Origin: Callorhinchus milii | Taxonomy: Eukaryota | Length of the DNA stretch: 64,000 bases | Assembly (NCBI RefSeq): GCF_018977255.1 | Contig: NW_024704742.1 | Coordinates: 55,492,001-55,556,000 of the forward strand | Reading direction: 5' to 3' | Made by a program: the position numbers and the translations under genes | The notes under the pieces: generated by a model | Told to the model about the DNA's origin: nothing | Databases searched by the model: none | Seen by the model: the letters and a program-made list of their open reading frames with translations, nothing else | Shown: positions 62,336-64,000 of the stretch, piece after piece | Numbering within the stretch: the stretch's first letter is position 1 | Layout: each line of letters begins with the position of its first letter

Positions 62336-62939
62336 CCGTGGGAGATTCAAAATGATTTCAGAATGTCTAACTCCTGATGGTCTATTGGAGAACACGCTTT
62401 TATGTATTGTGTAGGCTGAGCAACAACAACAACAAAATCACATTTGTAAAGCATCTTTCACATCGGGAGGATGTCCCAAGGTACTGGACAGACAGAGGTA
62501 CAGACCTGAGTACTCCTTGGGGTGGAAGGGGTATCTTGATCTGATCCTCTGGGTACTGAAATAAAGATCTTTTCCAATCTAGGCTTCACCTAGCTACCAT
62601 TCCTCGATTTATCTAGGTTTCTCTGCCCGAGGAGAAGCAGAGATATGGAGAGTCTGTGTAGTCCTGGAGATGCAGGAAAATAGAGGAAGATGATCTCAGA
62701 GGCACAGAGGAAGGGAAGATGTAGCAAATATGGAATGGAATAGAAGGGAAGGACAAATTATAATAATCCTTGCATTTCAATATAGTGCCTTATCACTTCC
62801 TTGATAAGTGCTTCACAGGATTTTACTGTGAGGTGTAGTGACAGTGGATTTGTACGCAAATCCCATTTATCCATCTAATTATCAACACATTTACTGCTTT
62901 TTCACATATTAAATGTAATGATCATTATTATGATGAAAG

Positions 62940-62990
62940 AGTGTGTGTGTGTGTGAGAGAACGGTAGAGTATGTATGGGAGAGAGAGAGA
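62940..62990. repeat. (GT)n and (GA)n microsatellites
   Basis: gtgtgtgtgtgtgtgagaga...gagagagagaga. Confidence 0.85.
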
Positions 62991-64000
62991 AACATGAAAG
63001 ATTTTGGATTGTGATATGATAATCTGGACTGGGCAGGGTCAATTGTATTTTTCTTTTTTAGATTACTGAGAATTCATTGAGTAAAGCTACATAAAGGTAA
63101 GTTGATATTGTTGTTAACTAGTAGGATAAACTGTCATACTCTCCATATAATATACAAATTAACTAATATACAAATAGGTAGAAAAACACGCAGAGAAATG
63201 TATATTAAGCATCATTCTGTCCTCCTTATTAATGTTAAAAAGCTTCAATTTATCATGCAAAAAATGCCTGAACACTGCCTTAGTATAATTGCCTTATAAT
63301 AGTAATATAATCCTTGCAGTTGATATAGCACCTTATCACTTCACTAAATTCTCCATGGGTTTGAATGTAAAAGCTGATTTGCGCACAGCGCAACCAACTA
63401 TTGAAGTGAATAACCATTTCTTTTTAATTTGTAGGATTGTTGGCCAAGGTACTGGTAGATAAAGAGTGAGTGAGGTAGGAGAACTGAGGCAGGGAGTTCC
63501 AGAGGTTAGTGATCAAAGGCATGGTCATTGATGGAGGTACGGAGGGGTCAGTGTTGCGCAGCAGAAATGATCATCTGATCATTATGGGTTGGCACAGTTG
63601 TGGGGTACAAAAGTTTAGCTGCTGCTGGGGTGGGAAGGGATTATATGTGAGTCTTGGCATTGAGATTGAACCCCGAACCTTGGAAGCAAGAGTGCTACAA
63701 ACTGAGCTAGGCTGGTGCATTTTACCATAGGCTGTAAAAAATACGAATTTACACTGCTGATTATCTCAATGCAAATTTAGTGACAGATAAACTAAAGACC
63801 TGTGCCTTAGTCATTTTAAAATGCAATTAGATGTTGACTGACAAAGGTAAATATACTTGCTTTAACCTGAAAATAAACCAGGAAAAAAACACTATAAACA
63901 GAGTGCGATCTGTGTACAGACAAAGCACAAATTAGCATTTCCCTTGCTGTCTTTGTTTGGCTGAAAGACAACCCTCACTTCCCCATTCAAAAGCTTTCTA

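Noticed and set aside
1..64000. CRISPR arrays, operons, rRNA genes or other prokaryote-style systems
   Set aside because: No regularly spaced repeats, gene-dense coding or rRNA motifs; the sequence is vertebrate-type repeat-rich DNA.

Overview
Eukaryotic, AT-rich, repeat-dense DNA, either intronic or intergenic. The repeat inventory (L2 and CR1 LINE remnants, tRNA-headed Deu-domain SINEs with L2 tails, Penelope elements) is typical of a cartilaginous fish, possibly a holocephalan; this assignment is an inference. I find no confidently identifiable host protein-coding exon. The ORFs I can identify are frameshifted or antisense readings of retroelements, and the rest look like chance ORFs. Supported content: many 5'-truncated L2 and CR1 copies; about 15 copies of a modular tRNA-Ala/Meta-like/Deu/L2-tail SINE; older SacSINE1-like DeuSINEs; a Gypsy integrase relic; two MITE families; and two Penelope-like insertions, one with a minimal hammerhead ribozyme and one with a GIY-YIG endonuclease relic. 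The most interesting observations are (1) an unclassified, hairpin-rich, A-tailed retroposon present in 5 copies, one flanked by an 11-bp TSD; (2) a non-autonomous L2 carrying an appended CR1-type 3' end, present twice in inverted orientation; and (3) a Penelope deletion junction that falls at the predicted hammerhead cleavage site. Boundaries of degraded repeats are approximate (plus or minus 10-30 bp).
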